A DNA stretch of 64,000 nucleotides from Dehalococcoidia bacterium (GTDB lineage: Bacteria; Chloroflexota; Dehalococcoidia; UBA2979), in NCBI GenBank assembly GCA_965262725.1, contig OZ253555.1, positions 1,888,001 through 1,952,000 of the forward strand. Reading direction: 5' to 3'. The translations under genes were made by a program, and so were the position numbers. Of this stretch, positions 19,219 to 28,964 are shown in pieces (position 1 is the first letter of the stretch; every line of letters begins with the position of its first letter). The notes under the pieces are model-generated. The model ran no database searches. It was not told the origin of the DNA and saw only the letters and a program-made list of their open reading frames with translations.

Positions 19219-22200
19219 GTGGGGCTGATGTCAGATATCCCACGGGAACCGGCGGTCAGAGACGAGCGTGAGCAGCGCGCGGTCCCACCCGATCGTTCCG
19301 CCAGTGCCGCGACGTCAGCCGGGGCGGGCGCTCCGAGCCGCTGGTTCGTCGCCCTGCTGATCTTCGTCCTGATCGGCGCTGTCTGGGCGCTCGGCATGAC
19401 GCCTGTCGTGGACGCCAACGACAGCGACGGGCTCGCTCGAGATGGCGCATTGCAGGCGCCCATGACCGTCGATGCCGTCGTCGGGTGGGGGGTTTCTGTC
19501 TTCGAAGTGAGAGTGCCCGAGGGCGGCAGCCAGACTTACACTATGAAGCTGACCAAGCAGCCCACCGCCAGCGTGGTGATTAACTTGACCAGCACCGGCA
19601 GCGCCGACGTGACGGTGTCTCCGGCCTCCCTGACATTTTCCACGAGCAACTGGGCCACGAGGCAGACAGTGACGGTGCGGGCCGCCCAGGACGCTGACGC
19701 GAGGCCGGACAGTGCCTTCATCAACCATGCAGTTGCCTCCAGTAGCGCCAGTGAGTACGTCACCTACTGGAACAGCTTGACCAACTCTCGGCTTGGCGTG
19801 GTCGTCGACGACGACGAAGCCCCCGGGTTGACGCTGTCCACGTCCACGCTGACAGTGCCCGAGGGCGGCACGGCCACATACACGGTGAAGCTGGACGTGC
19901 TGCCCACCTCCAACGTCGTGATCGCCGTGAAGAGGAAGACGGGCAGTAGCGACGTGACGGTCTCGCCGGCCAACCTGACCTTCACGCCGAGCAACTGGGA
20001 CACGGCGCAGACGGTGACGGTGGCCGCCGCCCAGGACGACGACGGCGTTCCCGACAGGGCCACCATCGCCCACGCGGTGGTGGCCGCCGAGAGCGCCGAC
20101 GAGTACGACACTGTGACGATCCGCTCGGTGCCGGTGACCGTCTTCGATAACGACATCTCCTACAGGGTGCACGTGTCCGATGAGCGGGTGGTGGCGCGCG
20201 AGGAGCGCTTGTACATCAACCTCTATCATTTGGGCCTCAGTGTGCGGCCCACCTCCAACGTGGTGATCACCGTGAGCAGCAGCAACACGGGAGCCGTGCT
20301 CGTTCGGAACTCTCCGCTGATCTTCACCCCGACCAAGTGGAAACGAATCGATGTCCTCGTGAACCTCGTCCTCGACGACAATGCGGTTGATGAACAGGTC
20401 ACGCTCAGCCACAGGGTGGACAACGCCCGCAGCGCCGACGAGTACGACAATGTGAACATCGGAGCGGTGGTGGTGACGGTCGACGATTGGCACCAGGCCG
20501 GGGTCAGGGTGTCTACGTCTGCGCTATGGGTTTCTGAGGGCGGCAGCGGTTACTACGGGGTGGGCCTGAGCTCGGAGCCTTCCTCCGACGTGGTGATCCG
20601 CGTGACCAAGAGCGGCAGCTCCGACGTGACGCTGGACACCGACACGGGGACATCCGGCAACCAGGACAGGCTGACCTTCACGCCGAGCAACTGGAAAACG
20701 GCGCAGATCGTGATGGTGGCCGCAGCCCAGGACGGCGACGCCGATCCCGACACGGCCACCATCAGCCACATGGTGGTGGACGCCAGCAGCGCCAGGGAGT
20801 ACGCCCCGGTGACCGACGTCGCGCTCCCGGTGACCGTGGTCGAAGACGATGTTGCTGGTTTTACGTTGTCCGCGTCCAAGCTGGTATTGTCCGAGGGCCA
20901 CAGCAAAACCTACACCGTGAAGCTGGACGCACAGCCCTCCTCCGACGTGGTGATCACGCTCAGAAGAAGCAACGCGGAAGTGAAGTCGTCGCCTAGCCGG
21001 CTGACCTTCACCCCATCGAACTGGAACGTGGCGCAGAGGGTGACGGTGCGGTCGTTCAGGGATCCGAACACGGCGAATGAAACGGCAACGATTGGGCACG
21101 CCGTGGAAGATGAAAGCAGCGCCGATGAGTACGATGACGTGAACCACCGCTGGCTGGCAGTGACCGTCATCGACTACCACCCCCCCGCCGATGTGAACCC
21201 GCCCCCCAGCGGCGGCCCCAGCGCCGCCAACGCACCCAGCGGCGGCGGCGGCGGCCCCAGCGGCGCCAGCGGCCCCAGCGGCGCCAGCGGCCCCAGCGGC
21301 GCCAGCGGCCCCAGCGGCGCCAGCGGCGCCAGCCCAAGTGAGGCCGACTTCGAGTGGACTGTCGAGCGGGACATCGAGGAGTTGGACAGCGGTCACGACA
21401 CGCCCACAGGGCTGTGGTCTGACGGGGCCATCCTCTGGATCGCCCAGAACGGCGATGGCGCCGACGACGCCATCTACGCCTACGGCCTCAGGACCGGTGA
21501 GCGTGTCGAAGACCGTGCACTCAGGCTCGACGAGCGCAACAGCACCCCGCGCGGGGTCTGGTCCGATGGGACGACCATGTGGATCGCGGACAGTGGCCAG
21601 GGCAAGCTCTTCGCCTATGGCCTCGAGACCAGTGACCGACTCCCCGACGCGGACATTGGAACGGCGACTCGCAATCGCGACCCCCGCGGGATCTGGTCCG
21701 GGGGCGTCACCGTCTGGGTTCTCGACGGCAGCGCCGGCGCACTCTTCGCCTACGACATCGAGAGCGGCGACCTGCTCGCCGAGTACGCTCTCCACTCCGC
21801 CAACGACAGTCCCAACGGCATCTGGTCCGACGGCGTCACCGTCTGGGTCTCCAACGACGACCCGAAGAGCCTCTTCGCCTACCGCCTCCCCGCGCTGCCG
21901 GATGAAGCGGTCGAGTCTGGCGAGGAGGAGGCCAGGGAACTCGAGCGCGTCCGCGACGAGGAGTTCGGGCGACTGAGCGGGGCCGGCAACAACAGCCCCC
22001 GCGGCATCTGGTCCGACGGCGAGGTCATGTACGTCGCCGACGAGAACGACAACAAGGTCTACACCTACAACATGCCTGACGCCATCGATGCGCGGCTCGC
22101 TTCCCTCTCTCTGAGCGGCATCGACATCGGCGAATTCGATCCTGGCCGGACGGAATACCAGGGCACGTTTGGCGAAGGGCTAACGGAGACGGTCGTGTCG

Positions 22201-22977
22201 GCCGAGGCAATCGAGCCCGCTACCACCGTCGCGATCGAGCCGCCAGATACTGAGGGGGATGTGGAGGGATACCAGGTCGCCGTGGAGGGCCATGACTACA
22301 TCACCATCACCGTGACATCGGCCGATGGCAGCCGCTCGCGGGTCTACCGCGTGCGGCTCGCCGAGCCGGCGTGGGATCCGGTTCGCGATCTCTGGCCACA
22401 CTGCCTGAGCGGCGCCGTCGTCCAGGGCTTCAGCCTCGTCGTCTACGAGGGGGGCAGCATTGAGGAACTGGTCGAGTGCGCCGAGAGCCGGGGCATCGCG
22501 GCCTTCCACATCCTGCATGAGGGCGTCTACGTCTCCTACATCCTCGGGGCGCCGGACTTCGTGAACCGCGAGTTCAGGGAGCTATTCCCCGACGGGCTCG
22601 CAGCCATGGCGCCGCTGGTCGCCGGGAGTAACGGACCACCCTCGGCGGACCCGTTCGGGGATGACCTTGACCACGAGAGGCAGCAGCCGTGGCCGGAGTG
22701 CCTGCGCGGCACCGTCGTCGAGGGCTTCAGCCTCGTCGTTTACGAGGGGGGCAGCGTTCAGGAGTTGGGCGGGTGCGCGGCGAGCCGGCACGTGACTGCC
22801 CTCTACGCCCTGCAAGAAGGCGAGTTCGTTCCGTACGTCCCTGGAGCGCCGGACTTCGTAAACAGGGCCTTCCACGAACTGTACGCTGACGGTCTGGCCC
22901 CCATGGCGCCATTGGTCGCCAAGAGCACCGGGCCGCCCGTGGCCGGCGCAGGTGGGGGCGCCGCCGCTGAGAACTAG
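19219..22977 (+). CDS. Secreted/surface protein: 5 Ig/Calx-like ~110-aa repeats, Gly/Ser/Pro linker, WSDG beta-propeller, cadherin-like beta-sandwich, twin C-terminal modules
   Basis: N-terminal TM; repeats EGGxxTYTVKL...LTFTPSNWxTAQTVTV; repeated PRGxWSDG blades; DARLASLSLSG...ITVTSADGS; two CLxG..FSLVVYEGGS...YILGAPDFVN modules. Confidence 0.88.
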   Translation: MGLMSDIPREPAVRDEREQRAVPPDRSASAATSAGAGAPSRWFVALLIFVLIGAVWALGMTPVVDANDSDGLARDGALQAPMTVDAVVGWGVSVFEVRVPEGGSQTYTMKLTKQPTASVVINLTSTGSADVTVSPASLTFSTSNWATRQTVTVRAAQDADARPDSAFINHAVASSSASEYVTYWNSLTNSRLGVVVDDDEAPGLTLSTSTLTVPEGGTATYTVKLDVLPTSNVVIAVKRKTGSSDVTVSPANLTFTPSNWDTAQTVTVAAAQDDDGVPDRATIAHAVVAAESADEYDTVTIRSVPVTVFDNDISYRVHVSDERVVAREERLYINLYHLGLSVRPTSNVVITVSSSNTGAVLVRNSPLIFTPTKWKRIDVLVNLVLDDNAVDEQVTLSHRVDNARSADEYDNVNIGAVVVTVDDWHQAGVRVSTSALWVSEGGSGYYGVGLSSEPSSDVVIRVTKSGSSDVTLDTDTGTSGNQDRLTFTPSNWKTAQIVMVAAAQDGDADPDTATISHMVVDASSAREYAPVTDVALPVTVVEDDVAGFTLSASKLVLSEGHSKTYTVKLDAQPSSDVVITLRRSNAEVKSSPSRLTFTPSNWNVAQRVTVRSFRDPNTANETATIGHAVEDESSADEYDDVNHRWLAVTVIDYHPPADVNPPPSGGPSAANAPSGGGGGPSGASGPSGASGPSGASGPSGASGASPSEADFEWTVERDIEELDSGHDTPTGLWSDGAILWIAQNGDGADDAIYAYGLRTGERVEDRALRLDERNSTPRGVWSDGTTMWIADSGQGKLFAYGLETSDRLPDADIGTATRNRDPRGIWSGGVTVWVLDGSAGALFAYDIESGDLLAEYALHSANDSPNGIWSDGVTVWVSNDDPKSLFAYRLPALPDEAVESGEEEARELERVRDEEFGRLSGAGNNSPRGIWSDGEVMYVADENDNKVYTYNMPDAIDARLASLSLSGIDIGEFDPGRTEYQGTFGEGLTETVVSAEAIEPATTVAIEPPDTEGDVEGYQVAVEGHDYITITVTSADGSRSRVYRVRLAEPAWDPVRDLWPHCLSGAVVQGFSLVVYEGGSIEELVECAESRGIAAFHILHEGVYVSYILGAPDFVNREFRELFPDGLAAMAPLVAGSNGPPSADPFGDDLDHERQQPWPECLRGTVVEGFSLVVYEGGSVQELGGCAASRHVTALYALQEGEFVPYVPGAPDFVNRAFHELYADGLAPMAPLVAKSTGPPVAGAGGGAAAEN
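21253..21333 (+). repeat. 18-bp tandem repeat (GGCCCCAGCGGCGCCAGC x4 plus a half unit) encoding a GPSGAS linker
   Basis: Read directly from the sequence. Confidence 0.9.
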
Positions 22978-23466
22978 CAGGGTCGCCTCATGGGTTGCGT
23001 GGTCATCAGCAAGTTCAGGGGCCAGGAGACCGTATGCACTGAGCGCACGGACTCACATGACCGGAGCCACCATCAGCTCCGTGCAGTGGATCCCGACCGC
23101 TCGAAGCCGCGAGGCGCGGGATGAGTCGGGCACAGCGACTGGTACAGGATCGGGGGCAAGTCCACCGCAGTTCGCAGTGCAGATGAGGATGCTACAGCGC
23201 GGCCTGCGCGGGGCGTGCTCGACCCGATGACGCTCTTCGCCGTGGGCGCGCCCGAGGGTGCTCCCTTCAGCGAGCGGCTGCGGGCGGCGAGGCGCGGTCA
23301 TCGCCGCCGCGGGCGCATCGTCAGTCAACTGATCGCGCGCGCTGCATACGTCGTCTGGTTCGAGACGGCGCACCCGGGCCTGCGGGTCCGTCGCCTCGGC
23401 TGCTCCGGCTCCTCGGCCATAAACTCCGCCCAGGAGAACAGCGACCATTGCCCCTCCGGAGCCTAG

Positions 23467-23616
23467 CATGCTGCTGAAAACCCCTGATCCTGAGCCGCAG
23501 GGTCTCGCTGGCCATTCGGTGGGCTGGCGTAGAGCCCAGAAACATTGGGTTTCTTGATGTCGCGGTCAGCGCGATTTCAGCCCAAAACCGCCGCGGCAGA
23601 CTTTTTCATCATCCTG
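23467..23616. mobile_element. 150-bp MITE related to the neighbouring IS5-family element
   Basis: CTAG on both sides (23463-66, 23617-20); ends CATGCTGCTGAAAACCCC / GACTTTTTCATCATCCTG resemble the IRs of the element at 24419-25716. Confidence 0.8.
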
Positions 23617-23703
23617 CTAGTGTCCTGAGTCGCAATAGCGACATATAACGGGTATGGTGCGGCACAGCGGGGTTTTGCCCCATGGGGCAGACTCTGGAGT
23701 GTC

Positions 23704-24400
23704 ATGAGCACCCGAATCGGACGGCCGACGGTCGCGATCGTCCTGAGCGACGAGGAGCGTGAGACGCTGGAGCGGTGGGCGCGCCGGCCGACATCGGCCC
23801 AGGCGCTGGCGCATCGTCCTTGCAGCAGCCGAGGGGACATCGAATAGGGCGATCGGCGCGGCGCTCGATTGCCATCCGGTCACCGTCGGCAAGTGGCGCC
23901 GACGCTTTGCGCAGTGGCGGCTCGATGGGCTACAGGATGAGCGGCGCCCTGGGGCGCCGCGCACGATCACTGATGCACAAGTGGAAGCGGTGATCGTCAA
24001 AACGCTGGAGGAGCAGCCTTCCGACGCGACGCACTGGTCGACCAGATCGATGGCAGCCGCGCTCGGGATGTCGCAGTCGGCGATCGTCAGGATCTGGCGC
24101 GCCTTCGGCCTGAAGCCGCACCTCGTGGAGACCTTCAAGCTGTCGCCCGGCCCGCAGTTCATCGACAAGGTGCGCGACGTGGCCGGACTCTATCTCAACC
24201 CGCCCGACGCGGCCGTTGTGCTGTGTGTGGACGAGAAGACCCAGGTCCAGGCACTCGACCGCACCGCTCCGATGTTGCCGATGATGCCCAACGTCCCCAC
24301 CCGCCAGACGCACGACTACATCCGTCACGGCACGACGAACCTCTACGCAGCGATCGATGTCGCCTCGGGACACGTGATCACGGAGATGACCCCCCTGTTG
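23704..24400 (+). pseudogene. IS630-family transposase, frameshifted (~23800) and 3'-truncated
   Basis: HTH region TVGKWRRRF...RPGAPRTI, THWSTRSMA, VLCVDEKTQVQALDR, HDYIRHGT; second half of the DDE domain is missing. Confidence 0.85.
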
Positions 24401-24418
24401 CGATCGGTCTCGATCTAG

Positions 24419-25716
24419 CAGGGTGATGAAAAACCCCTGATCGTCTGGCAAGATGGAGTTGGCGGCGGGGGCGTAGCCTGGAGGCTGCCCCATGCGAGGC
24501 GACGCCGAGCGTCAGACGAACATGCTGCTGGCGGTGACGCCGGACTCCTTCATCCCGGACGACCACCCGATTCGCCGCATCAAGCCGATCGTCGATGCCG
24601 CGCTGCGGCGGCTCTCGCCGCTGTTCGACACGATGTACTCAACGGAGGGGCGGCCCTCGATCCCGCCCGAGCATCTGCTCAAGGCGAGCCTGCTGATCGC
24701 GCTCTACTCGATCCGCAGCGAGCGCCAGTTCTGCGAGCGGCTGCGCTACGACCTGCTGTTCAAGTGGTTCCTGGACCTCAACATCTCAGACGAGCCCTTC
24801 AACGCCACCACGTTCTCCAAGAACCGCGAGCGCCTGCTCGCGGCCAGCGTCGCACGCGCTTTCTTCGCCGAGGTGGTGGCCGAGGCGAGGCGGCGCAGGC
24901 TGCTCTCGGCCGAGCACTTCACCGTCGACGGGACGCTGCTCGAGGCGTGGGCGTCACTGAAGAGCTACCGCCCGCGCGACGACCAGGACCCGCCGTCCGG
25001 GGGCGGGCGCAACCCGGAGGTCGATTTCCGGGGGCAGCAGCGGCGCAGCGACACCCACGCCAGCAGCACGGACCCCGAAGCGCGGCTCTACCGCAAGGGG
25101 CGGGGGCAGAAAGCGGCGCTCAGCTACATGGGTCACCTGTTGACGGAGAACCGGCACGGCCTGGTGGTGGACGTCGAACTCACCGAAGCGCACGGACGCG
25201 CCGAGCGCGAGGCGGCAGTCGCGATGGTGGAGCGCAGCACCACAGGCCGCGCCACGCTGGGAGCAGACCGCGGCTACGACACGCGTGACTTCGTGGCGCA
25301 GCTGCGCTCGCGCGGGGTGACCCCGCACGTGGCGGTCAACGACCACCGCTGGGGTCACGGGGCAATCGACGGGCGCACGACGCGGCACGACGGCTACGCG
25401 CTGAGTCAGCGCCGGCGCAAGCGCGTCGAAGAGGTCTTCGGCTGGATCAAGACCGTGGGCGGAGGCCGCAAGCTCCGCTACGTGGGAGCCGCCGCCAACC
25501 GCTTCTGGCTGGAGCTCAACGCATCGGCCTACAACCTGGTCCGCATCGCCAAACTCGAACTCGACCCGGCGTAGGCGCAGTGCGCCCTCCTGCCTGTCTG
25601 CAGCCCCTGCAGACAGCCGCAGGGCAGCTCAGGAGCAACGACCGCACCGCCGCGGGGCGGCTTCAGCGCCGCCCGACGCCTCTCGCCACCACCGCAGCGG
25701 CTTTTTCAGCAGCCTG
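24419..25716 (+). mobile_element. Complete IS5-family element with CTAG target duplication
   Basis: IRs CAGGGTGATGAAAAACCC / GGCTTTTTCAGCAGCCTG; CTAG at 24415-18 and 25717-20. Confidence 0.9.
24492..25574 (+). CDS. IS5-family transposase
   Basis: GRPSIPPEHLLKA, FTVDGTLLEAWAS, TDPEARLYRK, LGADRGYD, RKRVEEVFGWIK. Confidence 0.93.
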   Translation: MRGDAERQTNMLLAVTPDSFIPDDHPIRRIKPIVDAALRRLSPLFDTMYSTEGRPSIPPEHLLKASLLIALYSIRSERQFCERLRYDLLFKWFLDLNISDEPFNATTFSKNRERLLAASVARAFFAEVVAEARRRRLLSAEHFTVDGTLLEAWASLKSYRPRDDQDPPSGGGRNPEVDFRGQQRRSDTHASSTDPEARLYRKGRGQKAALSYMGHLLTENRHGLVVDVELTEAHGRAEREAAVAMVERSTTGRATLGADRGYDTRDFVAQLRSRGVTPHVAVNDHRWGHGAIDGRTTRHDGYALSQRRRKRVEEVFGWIKTVGGGRKLRYVGAAANRFWLELNASAYNLVRIAKLELDPA

Positions 25717-25749
25717 CTAGACCAAGTGATCGGTCTAAAACCCGGCACC

Positions 25750-25876
25750 GGGCGCGGCGTGACCGGCGGCAGACCCTCGCGGAACTGCTGCACGAAGGCG
25801 TCGTTGACAAACTCCGGCGCTCCGAAGATGTAGGGCAGCCACTCGCCCGCCGCGAGCGCGTAGGCAGCCGTCACGA
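25750..25876 (-). pseudogene. Orphan fragment of the shared C-terminal surface-protein module
   Basis: YALAAGEWLPYIFGAPEFVNDAFVQQFREGLPPVTP matches the C-terminal modules of the 1252-aa and 7300-aa proteins. Confidence 0.75.
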
Positions 25877-26880
25877 GCGGTCGGCTCCCTCGAGCAGCGC
25901 GTTCAGCCCCGCGGCGGGCGGTGCGGTTTCTGCTCGGGAGACTGGGCGCCGTTTCCGCCCCTCCGCTCAGGACTGCCCGGTCTGTCGGCTCTCCATCTCC
26001 GGGAGGCCCGGCCGAGACGCTGCCGGCAGTCTCCGATGCCGGCCCCTTATCTCAAATCCACCGATCGAAGCGTGACAGGGCGGGATTCCGGGCTGCCGGA
26101 GAGTTCGGCAGGCGTGCCGGCGTTCGCCGGGCGGCGCCGGGGGCGGGCCGGCGCTGTGAGCGGGCGTCAGGCGGGGAGCGGAAGCGCCCGTAACCGCGCC
26201 AGGGCGGCTGTCCACTGGCCGGCCCAGGGCCAGCGCTTCGGGAGGTGCAGGGTCCAGCGCCGGGCAGAATGGGTGAGCCGTCCGGCGAGAGCGAAGAAGC
26301 GCCGCCTGAGCGTCCTGGTCGTCACGATTCCCTCGCCGAGCCCGAGGCGCGCCGTCCAGCGGGCGAGGTTGTGCGCGATCACCTGCACCGCGAGCCACGC
26401 CGCGTTCGCGGCGAAGCGGCCCGAGGGGAGATGGTTCAGCCCGACGCCGTACTTGAGGTCGCGGATCGCGTTCTCGATCTCGGCGTGACGGCGATGGTCG
26501 GCCTCCAGCTCCATCATCTCCCCGGCGCGATCGGTGATGAAGGCGTGGTAGACACCCCATGTCCGTAACGCGCAAGGGGCGCCCCCACCCGGGCAGCGAA
26601 TCGGGGTGTCGGGTGCGCGATGCGCAAGGAGATCGTGAGCAGTCGGAGCGCCGTGTTAGAGCCGTGCGCGCGGCGGTGTTCCGAGGTCGACGCCGCCGGA
26701 GAGAATGGTCTTGGCCGGCGTGAGATGGGTGTCGGCTTCTGCGGACATGCGGTGGCTGGCCGACCGCTGCCGGTCGCCCGTGACGCGGGGTGCGCAGGTA
26801 CTCGCCTCGCCGAGTTGCGCCCTCAACGAGCTCCAGACCCTGGATGAGTCGCGGCCCGCCGAGGCGCTCCGCGACCTCCG

Positions 26881-28107
26881 TCAGGCGGCGAGCTCAGCGT
26901 CCTCGGTGCCCAGGCCGCCCCAGGCAGTCTCCTCGTCGTAGAGCCGGCGCTTGTGCAGGCAGCCGTGCAGGAACGCGACCAGGCGGTTGGCGAGGGCGCG
27001 CAGCGCCTGGTTGTGCCCGTCGCCGAGCGCCCGCCGCTGCTGGTAGTACGCCCGGCACCCGGGACTCGCCTGGAGCGAGCAGAACGCCCACATGTGTATC
27101 GCGTCGTAGAGGCGCCGGTTCCGCACGTGGCGCGCGGTGACCGCCCGCTTCCGCCCCGATGATATGGTGAGCGGCGACGTGCCCGCGTAGTTCCTGCGGG
27201 ACTTCGCGGACACGAAGCGTTCGGGGTCATCCCCGAACTCGCCCAGCACCCGGGCGCCGAGCACGGGCCCCAGGCCCGGCATCGACAGGTAAATCGCGGC
27301 GTCCGGGTGCTCCTCAAGAGACGCGGCCAGCTTCGACTCCAGTACCTCGAGTTGCCGGTTGATCTCCTGGAGCTGGGCAACCTGGGCGAGCACGCTGTCG
27401 GCGAACGCCTCGCTGAGCGCGGGCGCGACCGGGAGCGTGCGGAGCCGGAGTACCTCGCGTATCTCTTCCGCCCGCGTGTCCAGGTTGCGCTTGCGGCCTC
27501 CGCGCCTGAGCGCCGCGCGGAGCTGCGTCCGCGTCAGCTTCGCCGCCGCGAGCGGCTCCGGGGCGACGGCCAGCACCGAGAGCGCATCGGGATGCGTGAG
27601 GTCGGGGAAGGCCTGGAGTGCGGCCGGGAAGTACTGCAGCAGCGCGCTGCGCAGCCGGTTGCTCTCGCGGGTGCGATTCCAGACCAGCTGCTGCTGGGCG
27701 CGGGCGCGCACCTGCACGGCGGAGGCGAGGGCGCTGTCGCCCGCGACCGGCCGGTGGTTGTGGCTGTCGGTGCGGACGAGGTTCGCGAGCATGCGCGCAT
27801 CGCCCCGGTCCGACTTCCCGCCGCCGACCTGGTGTCGCTCGCGGTAGAGGGCCGCCACCCGCGGATTGATGGCGTAGACCCGGTAGCCCGCGCCGATGAG
27901 CGCTGCGACCCACGGGCCGCGGTCGGTCTCGATGCCGACCACGACCTGGCCGGCCTCCTGTGCATGCTCGGCGAGCAGCGCATGGAGCGCGGTCATGCCC
28001 TCCGCTCCCTCGGGGAGTCGCTTCGCCGCGAGGCTCTCGCCCTCCTCGTTCATGAGATGGACATCGTGATGGTCCTCGGCCCAGTCGTCCCCCACGTACA
28101 CCGTCAA
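26881..28107 (-). CDS. IS110 DEDD recombinase/transposase
   Basis: VYVGDDWAEDHHD, GIET, KSDRGDA, MPGLGPVLGARVLGEFGD, YAGTSPLTISSG. Confidence 0.95.
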   Translation of the reverse strand: MTVYVGDDWAEDHHDVHLMNEEGESLAAKRLPEGAEGMTALHALLAEHAQEAGQVVVGIETDRGPWVAALIGAGYRVYAINPRVAALYRERHQVGGGKSDRGDARMLANLVRTDSHNHRPVAGDSALASAVQVRARAQQQLVWNRTRESNRLRSALLQYFPAALQAFPDLTHPDALSVLAVAPEPLAAAKLTRTQLRAALRRGGRKRNLDTRAEEIREVLRLRTLPVAPALSEAFADSVLAQVAQLQEINRQLEVLESKLAASLEEHPDAAIYLSMPGLGPVLGARVLGEFGDDPERFVSAKSRRNYAGTSPLTISSGRKRAVTARHVRNRRLYDAIHMWAFCSLQASPGCRAYYQQRRALGDGHNQALRALANRLVAFLHGCLHKRRLYDEETAWGGLGTEDAELAA

Positions 28108-28159
28108 CCCGTGCTCCCTTCCGTCCCACCTGTCCGTCCCACCTGGCTGGCTAGACCCA

Positions 28160-28320
28160 CGGGGCTGCTCCGCAACGAGCTAATGGCACGGTGCTCTACC
28201 GGCACGACACCCCATCAGTGCATCGCAGGCCCGAACGAACCAGCCGGGGCACGGTCTACCACTGGAGGTCGCAATCGCCTCAGCTATTACTAGTGCTCTC
28301 CGGCTGGCGGGTCCGGAACC
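28160..28320 (-). ncRNA. Bridge RNA of the IS110 element (target loop then donor loop); boundaries approximate
   Basis: Guide segments match both the insertion site and the element's end junction; closing stem 28240-52/28293-307 (see findings). Confidence 0.8.
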
Positions 28321-28964
28321 AGTCTCCCGGATCGCTCTGGTCCTCTGGTTCGGCTCCCATTAGCTGTAGCTGGTGAAGAGCGCGAGCTGGGAGCCGGGCG
28401 CCGGCTTCACGCGCCGCACGATAAGCCGCACCGGGGCAGCGTCCTCCCTGTGCCGGAACGGGGTGTAGGTCGTCTCGGCGACAGCGGCGCCGTCATCCAG
28501 CCAGTACGGGATCGGCGTCCAGTCCTCTTCCGGGATCGCCTCGATCAGCGCGCGCACGTTCGGCTGCTGGCGGATCGTGACCGAGAAGCGGACATCCAGC
28601 GCGCGGCAGGCGGCGACGACGGCGTGGGTGTAGAAGCCGCTGTCGGCGCGCATCGTCAGCTGCCCGCTCGCTCCGGCGCCGCGCACCCGCGCCACCGTCT
28701 CACGCAGGAAGTGGGCGGCGCCGCGGCCGCTGCTCGCGCGGCCCTCGCGCAGCCGCGCCATCAGCACCTCGCCTGAGCCGGCCGCCACCGCGAGCAGCGG
28801 GTGATAGCCGCGCGCGCCGCTGTAGCCGGGCTGCCGGGCGCCCTCCTTCGCCAGGCCGTAGGTCTCGCAGAGCGTCGAATCGAGGTCGATCGTGAACGGC
28901 TGGGAATGACAACTCCATTTGGCCCCACCTTGATCCTTGAAACTGGCCCCACCCCCGGGTGTGG

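Larger units (their letters stand above)
26552..28363 (-). mobile_element. IS110-family element
   Basis: Removing it restores the IS1380 frame (GCGTGGTAG|CTGTAGC); shared core TAG at 26549-51 and 28361-63; no long terminal IRs. Confidence 0.92.
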
